A stretch of DNA of 64,000 nt from Armatimonadota bacterium (GTDB lineage: Bacteria > Armatimonadota > SYMT01): the NCBI GenBank assembly GCA_046292385.1, contig JBKBRF010000017.1, positions 37,727 through 101,726 on the forward strand, given 5' to 3'. Numbering within the stretch: the stretch's first letter is position 1; each line of letters begins with the position of its first letter. The notes under the pieces are model-generated. The model saw nothing but the letters and a program-made list of their open reading frames with translations. It searched no databases and was not told the origin of the DNA. This document shows positions 24,067 through 33,370 of this stretch, piece by piece. A program made the translations under genes and the position numbers.

Positions 24067-25750
24067 GCTCCGCACCGGCTGGCTGCTGGCGTGGGCTCTG
24101 GCCGCCCTGGCGCTGGCGGGCTGCGAGTGGACGCGCGCCGCCGCCCCGAGCGCGGATCCGGGGTCCGCCCCGGAGCTCTCCGTGCCCTTTGAAGAGGTCT
24201 CGGCGGCGGCGGGAGTGGAGCTCGTGCAGGGCCATCCGGACCGCCTGCTCGACATCCGGGAGGTGACGGGCAGCGGCGCCGGCTTCCTCGACTTCGATGC
24301 GGACGGAGACCTCGACCTGGTCCTGCTGGCAACGGATCGCTGCGCGCTCTACCGGAACGAGGGGAGCGGTCGCTTTCAGGACGTTAGCGCGACCGCGGGA
24401 CTCCCGCAGAAGGGGCAGTGGACCGCCTGCGCTGCCGGGGACTACGACGCCGACGGGTTTCCGGACCTGTTCCTGAACGGCTTCGATTGCGTGGCGCTTC
24501 TGCACAATGAAGGGGGGAAGCGGTTCCGAGACGTCACCGCCGCGGCCGGGTTGACGATCCCCAGCCTTCCGGAGCCCCACTTCGGCGTTAGCGCCGGCTG
24601 GGCCGATTACGATCGTGACGGGCAGCTGGACCTGTACGTGGGACGTTACGTCCGCTTCGGACCCAAGTCGCCGCGGTTCTGCCCCTCGCGGACGGGGGGG
24701 CTCGTAACCTGTGGCCCCGCGTACTACCAGCCGCAAATCGGCGCGCTCTACCGCAACGTGGGGGGCGGCCGGTTCGAGGAAGTCACCGAGTCCACCGGAG
24801 CGCATCGCGTAGACGGAAAGACGTGGGGCGTGCGGTGGCTCGACTTCGACGACGACGGGTGGGACGATCTGTACCTGGCGAACGACGAAGTGGCGGGCAA
24901 CCTGCTCCGGAACGTGGCTGGCAAGCGCTTCGAGGACGTGGCGGTTGCAGCCGGGGCCGCTTACGATCGGGACGGCCGCGTACATGGTGGGATGGGGGTC
25001 GACTCCGGCGACTTCGACGGGGACGGACGGCTCGACCTGATCGTCACCACGTTCGTGCGGGAGTCGTATAGCCTCTATCGCAACCTGGACGGGCGTACTT
25101 TCACCGACGTTGCCCCCGTTACCGACCTCGCCCAGCCGACGCATGCGCCGTCGGGCTGGGGGACCAAGCTGTTCGACTACGACAACGACGGTCGGCTCGA
25201 CGTGATGTTCGTCAACGGCCACGCCACCGATACCGACACCAATCCGCAGGTCCGCGCCGACCTCGAGCAGTCGATGCAGCTCTTCCGCAACGAAGGGAAG
25301 CGGTTCCAGAGTGTTCCCCTGGGAGCCCTGGCGAAGCCGATCGTGGGGCGCGGCGCGGCATTCGGGGACTACGATAACGACGGCTTCTGCGACGTGGCCG
25401 TCATCGACATGGAAGGCCGCGCGCTCCTCCTCCGGAACCGCGGCGCCTCCGCCCCGGGCGGGGCCCACTGGATCGGCTTCCGGCTGGAGGGCGGAAACGG
25501 GAACCGGGACGCCCTGGGCGCGCGGGTCACGCTGCAGGCGGGCGGACGGAGCCAGGTGGCGGAGGTCCGCACCTGCGGGAGCGTCTTCTCCACGCACGAC
25601 CCGCGGGTCCGGTTCGGCCTCGGCCCCTCCGCGGAGGTGCAGGAAGTGTCGGTGCGGTGGCCGGACGGAAAGCTGGAGCGCTTCACCGGGCTCGCGGCGG
25701 ATCGGTATCACACGCTGACGCAGGGAAGGGGCGCGGCGGCGAAGCCGTGA
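24059..25750 (+). CDS. CRTAC1-like FG-GAP repeat lipoprotein with ASPIC/UnbV domain
   Basis: Lipobox LAGC; DFD.DG..DL repeats; NRDALGARV, VRWPDG; paralog of 19774-21456. Confidence 0.9.
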   Translation: MSRLRTGWLLAWALAALALAGCEWTRAAAPSADPGSAPELSVPFEEVSAAAGVELVQGHPDRLLDIREVTGSGAGFLDFDADGDLDLVLLATDRCALYRNEGSGRFQDVSATAGLPQKGQWTACAAGDYDADGFPDLFLNGFDCVALLHNEGGKRFRDVTAAAGLTIPSLPEPHFGVSAGWADYDRDGQLDLYVGRYVRFGPKSPRFCPSRTGGLVTCGPAYYQPQIGALYRNVGGGRFEEVTESTGAHRVDGKTWGVRWLDFDDDGWDDLYLANDEVAGNLLRNVAGKRFEDVAVAAGAAYDRDGRVHGGMGVDSGDFDGDGRLDLIVTTFVRESYSLYRNLDGRTFTDVAPVTDLAQPTHAPSGWGTKLFDYDNDGRLDVMFVNGHATDTDTNPQVRADLEQSMQLFRNEGKRFQSVPLGALAKPIVGRGAAFGDYDNDGFCDVAVIDMEGRALLLRNRGASAPGGAHWIGFRLEGGNGNRDALGARVTLQAGGRSQVAEVRTCGSVFSTHDPRVRFGLGPSAEVQEVSVRWPDGKLERFTGLAADRYHTLTQGRGAAAKP

Positions 25751-25838
25751 ACTTGCTCTGCGGAGCGGTGCGTGAAGCCGGACCGCTCCGCGGCCCGCGC
25801 GACCGGCGCGGCCGCGGCCCCGGAAGCGGTCGCCCCTG

Positions 25839-28646
25839 ATGAACCTCTGGACCCTCGTCCTGCTCTGCTGCGTCCTTCTCTCGGCTGCCGGCGTCGCCGG
25901 CCCGGCCGACGCGCGCGACGGCGACGGTGCGATCCGCCCCGTCGCGCTGACCTGCGAGTACGCGGTGAACCCGCTCGGAGTCGACTCTCCCGCGCCCGCG
26001 CTCGGCTGGCAGCTCCGCGCGGCCGACCCGAAGGCGCGCGGCCTGTCGCAGTCCGCCTACCAGGTCCAGGTCGCCACCTCCCCCGCGCAGCTCCGCGCCG
26101 GCAAAGCCGACGTGTGGGACAGCGGCCGGGTGGAGTCCGCGGAGAGCGTGCAGGTGCCGTACGGCGGCCGGCCGCTCCGCTCCGGCGAGCGGGTCTACTG
26201 GCGGGTGCGGGCCTGGGACACGGCGGGAGCGCCTTCGCCCTGGAGCGAAGCGGCCTGGTGGGAGATGGGGCTGCTGCGGCCGGAAGACTGGTCCGCCCGC
26301 TGGATCGTCCGCGCGAACGACACCCCGCCGGCCGATCCGTATGGTGACGATCCGGCGCCGCTGCTGCGGCGGGAGTTTACGCTCAAGGCGAAACCGGCCC
26401 GCGCCCGCGTCTACGTGAGCGGCCTCGGCTACTATGAGCTGCGGCTGAACGGGGAGCGGGTGGGCGACCGCGTCCTCGACCCGGCGTGGACCACCTACTC
26501 GGAGCGGGTCTTCTACTCCGTCTACGACGTGACCGACCGGCTGCAGCGCGGCCGGAACGCGCTGGGCGCCATGCTCGGGGGCGGCTGGTACGACCCGCTC
26601 CCGCTGCCGCTCTTCAACCGCTTCAACCCGCGCGACGTGCTGCCGGTCGGCCCCATGCGCCTGGTCCTGCAGCTCGAGGTGGAGTACCCGGACGGCAGCC
26701 GCGAGCGGGTGGTGACCGACGACTCCTGGAAGGCGGCGGAAGGCCCCGTGGTCCGGAACAGCGTCTACCTGGGCGAGCACTACGACGCCCGCCGGGAGCA
26801 GCGGGGCTGGGACCGTCCCGGCTTCGACGACTCGGCGTGGGGCCCGGTCGCCCTCGCTTCCGGAGAGCTCGGCCCGCTGCAGGCGCAGCCTCTCGAGCCA
26901 ATCCGGTTGGCGCGGACGGTCGAGACCGTCGCCCTCTCCGAGCCGCAGCCGGGCGTCTACATCTTCGACCTGGGCCAGAACCTGGCGGGCTGGGCGACCC
27001 TGCGCGTGAAGGGCCCCGCCGGGACGCAGGTGCGGATGCGCTACGGGGAGCTGCTGCATAAGGACGGCACGCTGAACCCGATGACCTCCGTCACCGGCCA
27101 GCTCAAGCAGGGCCGCCCCTTCCCCAACTCGGAGCGCCCGCCGATCGCCTGGCAGGAAGACCGCTACGTGCTGCGGGGCGGCGGGATGGAGGAGTACACG
27201 CCGCGCTTCACCTTCCACGGCTTCCGCTACGTGGAGGTGACCGGCTATCCCGGCAAGCCGGAGCGGAGCGCCGTGCGCGGCCACCTGCTCCACTCCGCCG
27301 TGGCGAGCGCCGGCGACTTCTCCTGCTCCAGCGAGCTGTTCAACCGGATCCAGGAGATGGTCCGCTGGACGCAGCTCAGCAACATGTTCAGCGTCCAGTC
27401 CGACTGCCCCCACCGGGAGAAGCTCGGCTACGGCGGGGATATCGTCGCCGCCAGCGAGATGGGGATGCTGAACTTCGACATGGCGCGCTTCTACGCCAAG
27501 ACGGTGCTCGACTTCGCCGACGCACAGCGCCCGAACGGCGGCTTTACGGAGACGGCGCCCTACCTCGGCATCGCGGACGAGGGGCTCGGCGGCGGCGCGG
27601 GACCGGTCGGCTGGGGCACGGCGCACCCGCTGCTCCTGGCGCAGCTTCACCAGTACTACGGTAACCGCCGCCTGCTGGCGGAGCAGTACGACCGGGCCGC
27701 GGCCTGGATGAAGCTGCTCCAGGAGCGGGCGGTCAACGGCATTCTGGACAACGGCATCAGCGACCACGAGAGCCTGGTCCCCAAGCCGCGCGCCCTCACC
27801 GGCACCGCCTTCTACTACTACAACGCGCGGCTGCTGGAGCGGATGGCGCGCGTGCTGGGCAAAGAGGCGGACGCGCAGCGCTACGCCTCCCTGGCGGGGG
27901 AGATCGCGGAGGCGTTCAACCGGCGCTTCCGCCGCCCGGTGCGCGGCCTTTACGACTCCGGCACCCAGGCGTGCCAGGCCTTCGCCCTCTACATGGACCT
28001 GGTCCCGCCGGAAGACCGGGAGCTGGCACTTCAGCACCTGGTGAGCGACGTGATGACGGTGCGGGGCGGGCACCTCTCCACCGGGATCTTCGGGACGAAA
28101 TACCTGCTCCTCTCCCTGAGCGACCTGGGCCGCGCGGACGTGGCCTACACGATCGCCGGGCAGCGGACCTTCCCCGGCTGGGGCCACATGCTGGAGAACG
28201 GCGCCACCACGCTCTGGGAGCACTGGGAGCTCAGCGACAACACCTTCTCCCACAACCACCCGATGTTCGGAACGGTGAGCGAGTGGTTCTTCAAAGCGGT
28301 CGCCGGCATCCAGCCGCATCCGGACGCCGTCGGCTTCGACCGCGTGGTGATCCGGCCTCAGCCGGGCGGCGGCCTCACCTGGGCGAGGGGAGAGTACCGG
28401 TCGGTCCGCGGCCTCGTCTCCTCGCGTTGGAAACGGGAGGGGGACCGCGTGAGCCTGGAGGTGGAGGTGCCGGTCAACGCCTCGGCCCTGGTCTACGTGC
28501 CGGCCCGCCGCGGGGAAGAAGTGCTGGAGGGCGGCCGCCCCGCGGCGGAGGCGCCCGGCGTGCGGCTCCTCCGGTGGGAGGGGAGCGCGGCGGTGTACGA
28601 AGTCGGCTCCGGGCGCTACCGGTTCTCCTCGCGTGGTATTCTTTAA
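25839..28646 (+). CDS. Alpha-L-rhamnosidase (GH78)
   Basis: CEYAVNPLGVD, SGLGYYE, DLGQNLAG, FTFHGFRYVE, DCPHREKLGYGGD, GATTLWEHW, SHNHPMFG. Confidence 0.93.
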   Translation: MNLWTLVLLCCVLLSAAGVAGPADARDGDGAIRPVALTCEYAVNPLGVDSPAPALGWQLRAADPKARGLSQSAYQVQVATSPAQLRAGKADVWDSGRVESAESVQVPYGGRPLRSGERVYWRVRAWDTAGAPSPWSEAAWWEMGLLRPEDWSARWIVRANDTPPADPYGDDPAPLLRREFTLKAKPARARVYVSGLGYYELRLNGERVGDRVLDPAWTTYSERVFYSVYDVTDRLQRGRNALGAMLGGGWYDPLPLPLFNRFNPRDVLPVGPMRLVLQLEVEYPDGSRERVVTDDSWKAAEGPVVRNSVYLGEHYDARREQRGWDRPGFDDSAWGPVALASGELGPLQAQPLEPIRLARTVETVALSEPQPGVYIFDLGQNLAGWATLRVKGPAGTQVRMRYGELLHKDGTLNPMTSVTGQLKQGRPFPNSERPPIAWQEDRYVLRGGGMEEYTPRFTFHGFRYVEVTGYPGKPERSAVRGHLLHSAVASAGDFSCSSELFNRIQEMVRWTQLSNMFSVQSDCPHREKLGYGGDIVAASEMGMLNFDMARFYAKTVLDFADAQRPNGGFTETAPYLGIADEGLGGGAGPVGWGTAHPLLLAQLHQYYGNRRLLAEQYDRAAAWMKLLQERAVNGILDNGISDHESLVPKPRALTGTAFYYYNARLLERMARVLGKEADAQRYASLAGEIAEAFNRRFRRPVRGLYDSGTQACQAFALYMDLVPPEDRELALQHLVSDVMTVRGGHLSTGIFGTKYLLLSLSDLGRADVAYTIAGQRTFPGWGHMLENGATTLWEHWELSDNTFSHNHPMFGTVSEWFFKAVAGIQPHPDAVGFDRVVIRPQPGGGLTWARGEYRSVRGLVSSRWKREGDRVSLEVEVPVNASALVYVPARRGEEVLEGGRPAAEAPGVRLLRWEGSAAVYEVGSGRYRFSSRGIL

Positions 28647-28705
28647 GAGCCTCTCAGAGGCGCGCTCGCCGCGCCCGCAGCCGAATACGCAACCGAGTAG
28701 TGACG

Positions 28706-29869
28706 ATGTCAGAAGAAAACGAGAACCCAGCCGAACAGCCGGGGCAGGAGCTCCGCGAGCATCTCTTCGAGGCGGACCTGGTCCAGCTTCCGCCGCCGGA
28801 CAGCGACCTGGATGGGTTCCTGCCGAACTGGTTCGAGGGGAGTCTCCCCGCCCTGGTCTATCCCCCGCTCGCCGAGCGGAACCTGGCGGACGGGGACACG
28901 GTGGACCTGCAGATCACGCCGTACCACCTCTACTACGGGGCGCTGCGAGAGCTGGCGGAGACCGCGGAGGCGGAGCGCGGCGACACGCTGCGCCGCCTGA
29001 TCGGCGAGTGGAACCCGCAGGCCGCCTACGAGGTGTGCGAGATCGCGCGGCTCTACGTAGAGCACGATCCGGAGACCGCGCTGCTCCACTACGAGCTGGC
29101 GCTGGAGCTGGAGCCGGAGCTGTACGAGGCGACGCAGGACGCCGGCATGTGCCAGTACGCGCTCTCGACGGTCGAAGAAGAGGACCCGGAAGAGCGGCGG
29201 GACGCCGCGGAAGAGCTGTTCCGGCGGGCGATCGAGCTGCGGCCGCAGTCCGGCCTCTCCTGGTGGAGCCTGGCCCGGCTGCTGAACGACCGGGGCGATG
29301 CTGCCGGCGCCCGGGGCGTGCTGGAGCAGTTCCTGCGGGAGCAGCCGGAGGGCGAGCACCGGGAAATGATCGAGCAGGCGCTGGGGGCCGGCTTCGAAGG
29401 GGAGCAGCCTTCCGACGAGCAACTGCTCTTCCAGCAGGCGCAGGCGCTGGCGTTCGGAGAGAACCCCGCGGAGGCGGTGGAGATGCTCACCCCGCTGGCG
29501 GAAGCCTATCCGGACAGCCCGCAAATCTGGTTCGTGCTGGGCGGCGCGCACCGCCGCGCGGGCGACTACGCGGAGGCGGAGCGCTGCCTGCGCCGCGCCT
29601 CCCGCCTGGCGCCGGCGGAGCCGTTCATCTGGTGGGAGCTGGCCAGCGCCTACGCGGAGACGGAGCAGTGGCGCGCGGCGGAAGACGCCAGCCGCCGGGG
29701 CCTGGAGTTCGACCCGGAAAACCCCGGCTTCCTGGTGGTGCTGGGCCGGGCGCTCCTGGGCCAGGGCGACCGCGAGGCAGCGGAGGACGCCATCTACCGC
29801 GCGCAGGAGCTGATCCCGGACGATCCGGAGGTCCAGGCCGCCGTCCAGGCCCTGGAGAGCTCCCGGTAG
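28706..29869 (+). CDS. Cytoplasmic TPR protein
   Basis: Acidic protein with TPR repeats (A...P...WF.LG pattern). Confidence 0.75.
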   Translation: MSEENENPAEQPGQELREHLFEADLVQLPPPDSDLDGFLPNWFEGSLPALVYPPLAERNLADGDTVDLQITPYHLYYGALRELAETAEAERGDTLRRLIGEWNPQAAYEVCEIARLYVEHDPETALLHYELALELEPELYEATQDAGMCQYALSTVEEEDPEERRDAAEELFRRAIELRPQSGLSWWSLARLLNDRGDAAGARGVLEQFLREQPEGEHREMIEQALGAGFEGEQPSDEQLLFQQAQALAFGENPAEAVEMLTPLAEAYPDSPQIWFVLGGAHRRAGDYAEAERCLRRASRLAPAEPFIWWELASAYAETEQWRAAEDASRRGLEFDPENPGFLVVLGRALLGQGDREAAEDAIYRAQELIPDDPEVQAAVQALESSR

Positions 29870-29898
29870 GGGTCGGCCCCCCGGCCAAGCGACTCTTG

Positions 29899-29944
29899 CG
29901 AACAGGCCCTCGACCCCGCCCCTCGGAGGTCGAGGGCCTGTTCG
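29899..29944 (+). terminator. Hairpin downstream of the TPR gene
   Basis: CGAACAGGCCCTCGACC...GGTCGAGGGCCTGTTCG. Confidence 0.5.
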
Positions 29945-30012
29945 GCTAAGGTTTGGCCTCCCGGCCCCGCCCGGTACGTCAGACCAGGACCTGGGCGGGA
30001 TCCGGGCCGCCG

Positions 30013-30579
30013 ATGATGTCGCAACTCCCTCTCTTCAGCACGGAGCCGGCGCTGCCGGACGGCTTCCGATACCGGCCCGACCTTGTCTCCGCCGAGGAGG
30101 AGCGGCTGCTGGTAGAGCACCTGCGGGAGCTCCCGTTCCAGGAGTTCCAGTTCCAGGGCTACGTGGGGAAGCGGCGGGTGGTCTCCTACGGCTGGCGCTA
30201 CGACTTCAACCAGCGGGAGCTGCAGCCGGCGGAGCCGCTGCCGCCGTTCCTGCTTTCGGTGCGCGCTGCCGCCGCGGGCTGGGCGGAGATCGACCCTGCC
30301 CGGCTGGAGCACGTGCTGATCACGGAGTACGCGCCCGGAGCCGGCATCGGCTGGCACCGGGACAAGCGGGAATTCGGAGAGGTGATCGGCGTCTTGCTCC
30401 TCTCCCCCGCCCTCTTCCGCCTGCGGCGCCAGACCGGCCACACCTGGGAGCGCGCTTCGCTCCGGCTGGAGCCCCGCTCCGCCTACCTGCTGCGCGGGCC
30501 GGCGCGCACCGAGTGGGAGCACAGCATCCCCGAAGCGGAGACGCTGCGATACTCGCTCACGTTCCGCACACTGCGGTAA
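30013..30579 (+). CDS. AlkB-like 2OG-Fe(II) dioxygenase
   Basis: EYAPGAGIGWHRD (HxD), WEHSIP, RYSLTFR. Confidence 0.88.
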   Translation: MMSQLPLFSTEPALPDGFRYRPDLVSAEEERLLVEHLRELPFQEFQFQGYVGKRRVVSYGWRYDFNQRELQPAEPLPPFLLSVRAAAAGWAEIDPARLEHVLITEYAPGAGIGWHRDKREFGEVIGVLLLSPALFRLRRQTGHTWERASLRLEPRSAYLLRGPARTEWEHSIPEAETLRYSLTFRTLR

Positions 30580-30671
30580 CGATCGCGGGAGTCTCGCCAC
30601 TCGCTGAATCCCGAGGGTGCGGTTATCATGGGGTGGATCGATCTCGCTGCTCCTGTTTCGCTCGCGACCCT

Positions 30672-32309
30672 ATGACAGAGCTCCTCGCCACCACCCATTC
30701 TCACCCGATCCTCGACGCGCTGCTCCTCGCGCAGGGGGAGGCGCTCGACCGCGCGCTGGAGGCCGCGTCGCCGGCGGTGGCGGCCCAGGCGGTCCGGGCC
30801 GCGCCGTCGCTGGAGCGCAAGACGCAGTTGCTCTGGGCGATGGATGACCGCCAGCGGCGCGAGGTGCTGGAGCTGGTGCCGGCGGCGCTGGTGGGGGCGC
30901 TCGTTCAGAACCTGGAGGAGGACAACCGGTACCTGCTGGGCGACCTCTCCCGGGAGCAGTTTCAGGCCCTCCTCTCGCTCTGCAGTCCGGAGCGGCAGTA
31001 CTACTGGCTCGTCACCGCGCTCTCCTTCACGGACGCCCGCGCCAACGCGCTGCCGCTGCTGCTGCCGTCCCGGCTGGTGGCGGAGATCCTGCTCACGCGT
31101 CCGGAGTTCGAAGACCACGTCCGCGCGCTGGGCGACTACCCGCTCGAAGAGCAGCGGATCCCCCCGGAGATGCTGACCGACCCGGCGCAGGCGCTGGTCG
31201 ACTTCTTCGGGGCGGACAACCTGCTGCGCCAGTTCCCGATCCGCGACGAGCGGCTGGCAGGGGTGATCGGCAACATCCTCCACTGGGACGCCGACCGGTA
31301 CGTTGACATCCTCCGCGAGGCGCTGCGGCAGAGCGACTACGCGGAGAACCACCCCCTGGAGTGGGAGACGCTGACCGAGGCCCCGGTGCTGCTGGATCGG
31401 ATCGAGCCGGTCGGCCCCGAAGCGGAGGGGGAGACGGCGTTCTCCGCCCTGGAGGAGATTCCGCTGGAGGACAGCGCCGTCGCCGTGGAAGGCCCGGCGC
31501 TCGATCTGGTGCCGATCGCCGCCGCCCCGCTCGCCCGGCTCACCGGGTCGCTCCCCGCGGTGCAGCAGCGGCGCGTGCGGGACGAGCTGCAGTACCTCTA
31601 TATCCGGCAGGCCGTGGCGGAGGGCGGCTCGTTCTTGCGGGAGGACTTGCAGCGGGTCGCGCGGAGTGTGGAGGCGTACCTGCTGCTGGGACTCGAGGGA
31701 GAATCCGGCGGGGAAGAGGCGCGGCAGCCGGAGCTTTTGGCGAAGCGCCCGCTCCACAAGCTGGCAATGAGCGGCGCGCGGCTGGTGGAGCGCCTGCGGC
31801 AGGTGGCGCTGCGCGTGGCGCCGCTGGAGCGGGTGCTCGACGCGGAGCAGCGCGCGGTGATCCGCAGCCTCTCGCACCCGCGACTGACGGTCGACTCGAC
31901 CGGCGAGCCCCGCCTGCAGCTGCTGCCGGTCGGGAGCCTGCCGGAGCTGGCCGACCTGGAGACCGCGACGCGACTGCTGCACGAGGTCGGCGCCTGGACC
32001 GCTTTCGCGCGGGGGCTGGGACTCGACGCCACCGAGCGGGCGCTGAAAGAAGCGGGGTCGCTGACGCGTCTACTGGAGCAGGTCGCGCTGGCGGGGGTGC
32101 TCTACTCCCGGCTGGAGGCGGGGCTGCCGGAGCCGGAGGACCGCGCCCGCTTCGAGCGGACCTACGTGGCCGGCGGGGGCCGCCGCCTCCCCGCGGCGCG
32201 GCTGGGCCTGCGGCGGACCGCCACCGCCTGGGCGCGGAACCGCGGCATCGATCCGGAGCTGGTGACGCCGCTCCTCGACGCCGCGCTCGACCGCCTCTCG
32301 GAATCGTAG
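30672..32309 (+). CDS. Hypothetical all-helical protein
   Basis: Long ORF with genome-typical codon usage; family not recognised with confidence. Confidence 0.6.
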   Translation: MTELLATTHSHPILDALLLAQGEALDRALEAASPAVAAQAVRAAPSLERKTQLLWAMDDRQRREVLELVPAALVGALVQNLEEDNRYLLGDLSREQFQALLSLCSPERQYYWLVTALSFTDARANALPLLLPSRLVAEILLTRPEFEDHVRALGDYPLEEQRIPPEMLTDPAQALVDFFGADNLLRQFPIRDERLAGVIGNILHWDADRYVDILREALRQSDYAENHPLEWETLTEAPVLLDRIEPVGPEAEGETAFSALEEIPLEDSAVAVEGPALDLVPIAAAPLARLTGSLPAVQQRRVRDELQYLYIRQAVAEGGSFLREDLQRVARSVEAYLLLGLEGESGGEEARQPELLAKRPLHKLAMSGARLVERLRQVALRVAPLERVLDAEQRAVIRSLSHPRLTVDSTGEPRLQLLPVGSLPELADLETATRLLHEVGAWTAFARGLGLDATERALKEAGSLTRLLEQVALAGVLYSRLEAGLPEPEDRARFERTYVAGGGRRLPAARLGLRRTATAWARNRGIDPELVTPLLDAALDRLSES

Positions 32310-32326
32310 CCTCGGGGAAAACCAGC

Positions 32327-33370
32327 GTGTCTCGCCCCACCACCACGTCTCGACTGCTCTCCCGGCGACAGCTCGGCGCCGCCGCGCTGGCGGCGGCCGG
32401 CCTGGCGGGCTGCAGACCCCGCGGAGGTGGGGCGGAGGTGGTGGTCTACACGTCGCTCGACGAGCCGTACGCCCGTCCGGTGCTGGAGGCGTTCACCCGC
32501 GAGACCGGGGTCCGCGCGGTGCCGGTGTTCGACACCGAGGCGACGAAGTCGCGCGGGCTGGCGCAGAAGCTGCTGGAGGAGCGGGACAACCCGCGCGGGG
32601 ACGTCTTCTGGAGCTCCGAAGTGCTGCAGATGCTCCGGCTGAAGGAAGCGGGCGTGCTTGCGCCGTACCGCTCCCCCTCGGCGGAAGAGATTCCGGAGCA
32701 GTTCCGGGATCCGGACGGGCACTGGACCGGCTTCGCGGGCCGGTTCCGGGTGCTGGTCTACTACCGGCCGCGCGTCTCCGAGCCGCCGCAGTCGCTGCTC
32801 GACCTGACCGACCCCCGCTGGCGCGGCGAGGTGGCGATGGCGAATCCGGCCTTCGGCACCACCACCACGGAAGCGGTGGCGCTCTTTCAGATACTGGGCC
32901 CGGAGCGTGCGAAGGACTACTTCCGCGCCCGCGCCGCGAACGAGACGCGGATCGTGGACGGCAACAGCGTGGCGGCGGAGCGCACGGCCCGCGGCGACGT
33001 GCTGATCGGCCAGACCGATACGGATGACGCCTACATCCGCATGGACGAGAGTGAGACGCTGGGGCTCGTCTTCCCGGACCAGAACGGCTTCGGGGCACTG
33101 ATGATCCCGAACACCGCCGGTCTCATCGCGGGTGCGCCGCACGCGGAGCAGGGGCGGGCGTTCCTCGACTACCTGCTGCGGCCGGAGACCGAGCTGCTGC
33201 TGGCGGGGCTCCCCTCCAGGCAGCTTCCGCTGCACCCGGGCCTGGAGGCGCGCCTTCCCGAGGCGGTGCGCCCGCTGGCCGACGTGAAGACGATGGACCT
33301 GAGCTATCCCCGGCTGCTGGAAGACTTCCAGGCGGCCGACCGGTTCCTCCGCGAGACGTTCGGATCGTGA
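32327..33370 (+). CDS. Fe3+ ABC transporter substrate-binding lipoprotein (Tat-type signal)
   Basis: SRRQLG...LAGC; VVVYTS, ERDNPRGDVFWS, DLTDPRWRGEVAMANP. Confidence 0.85.
   Translation: MSRPTTTSRLLSRRQLGAAALAAAGLAGCRPRGGGAEVVVYTSLDEPYARPVLEAFTRETGVRAVPVFDTEATKSRGLAQKLLEERDNPRGDVFWSSEVLQMLRLKEAGVLAPYRSPSAEEIPEQFRDPDGHWTGFAGRFRVLVYYRPRVSEPPQSLLDLTDPRWRGEVAMANPAFGTTTTEAVALFQILGPERAKDYFRARAANETRIVDGNSVAAERTARGDVLIGQTDTDDAYIRMDESETLGLVFPDQNGFGALMIPNTAGLIAGAPHAEQGRAFLDYLLRPETELLLAGLPSRQLPLHPGLEARLPEAVRPLADVKTMDLSYPRLLEDFQAADRFLRETFGS

Noticed and set aside
30601-30660. c-di-AMP (ydaO) riboswitch (CGCTGAATCC...AGG..GCGG)
   Set aside because: The following GGAAC and second-half motifs are absent and the space before the next ATG is too short
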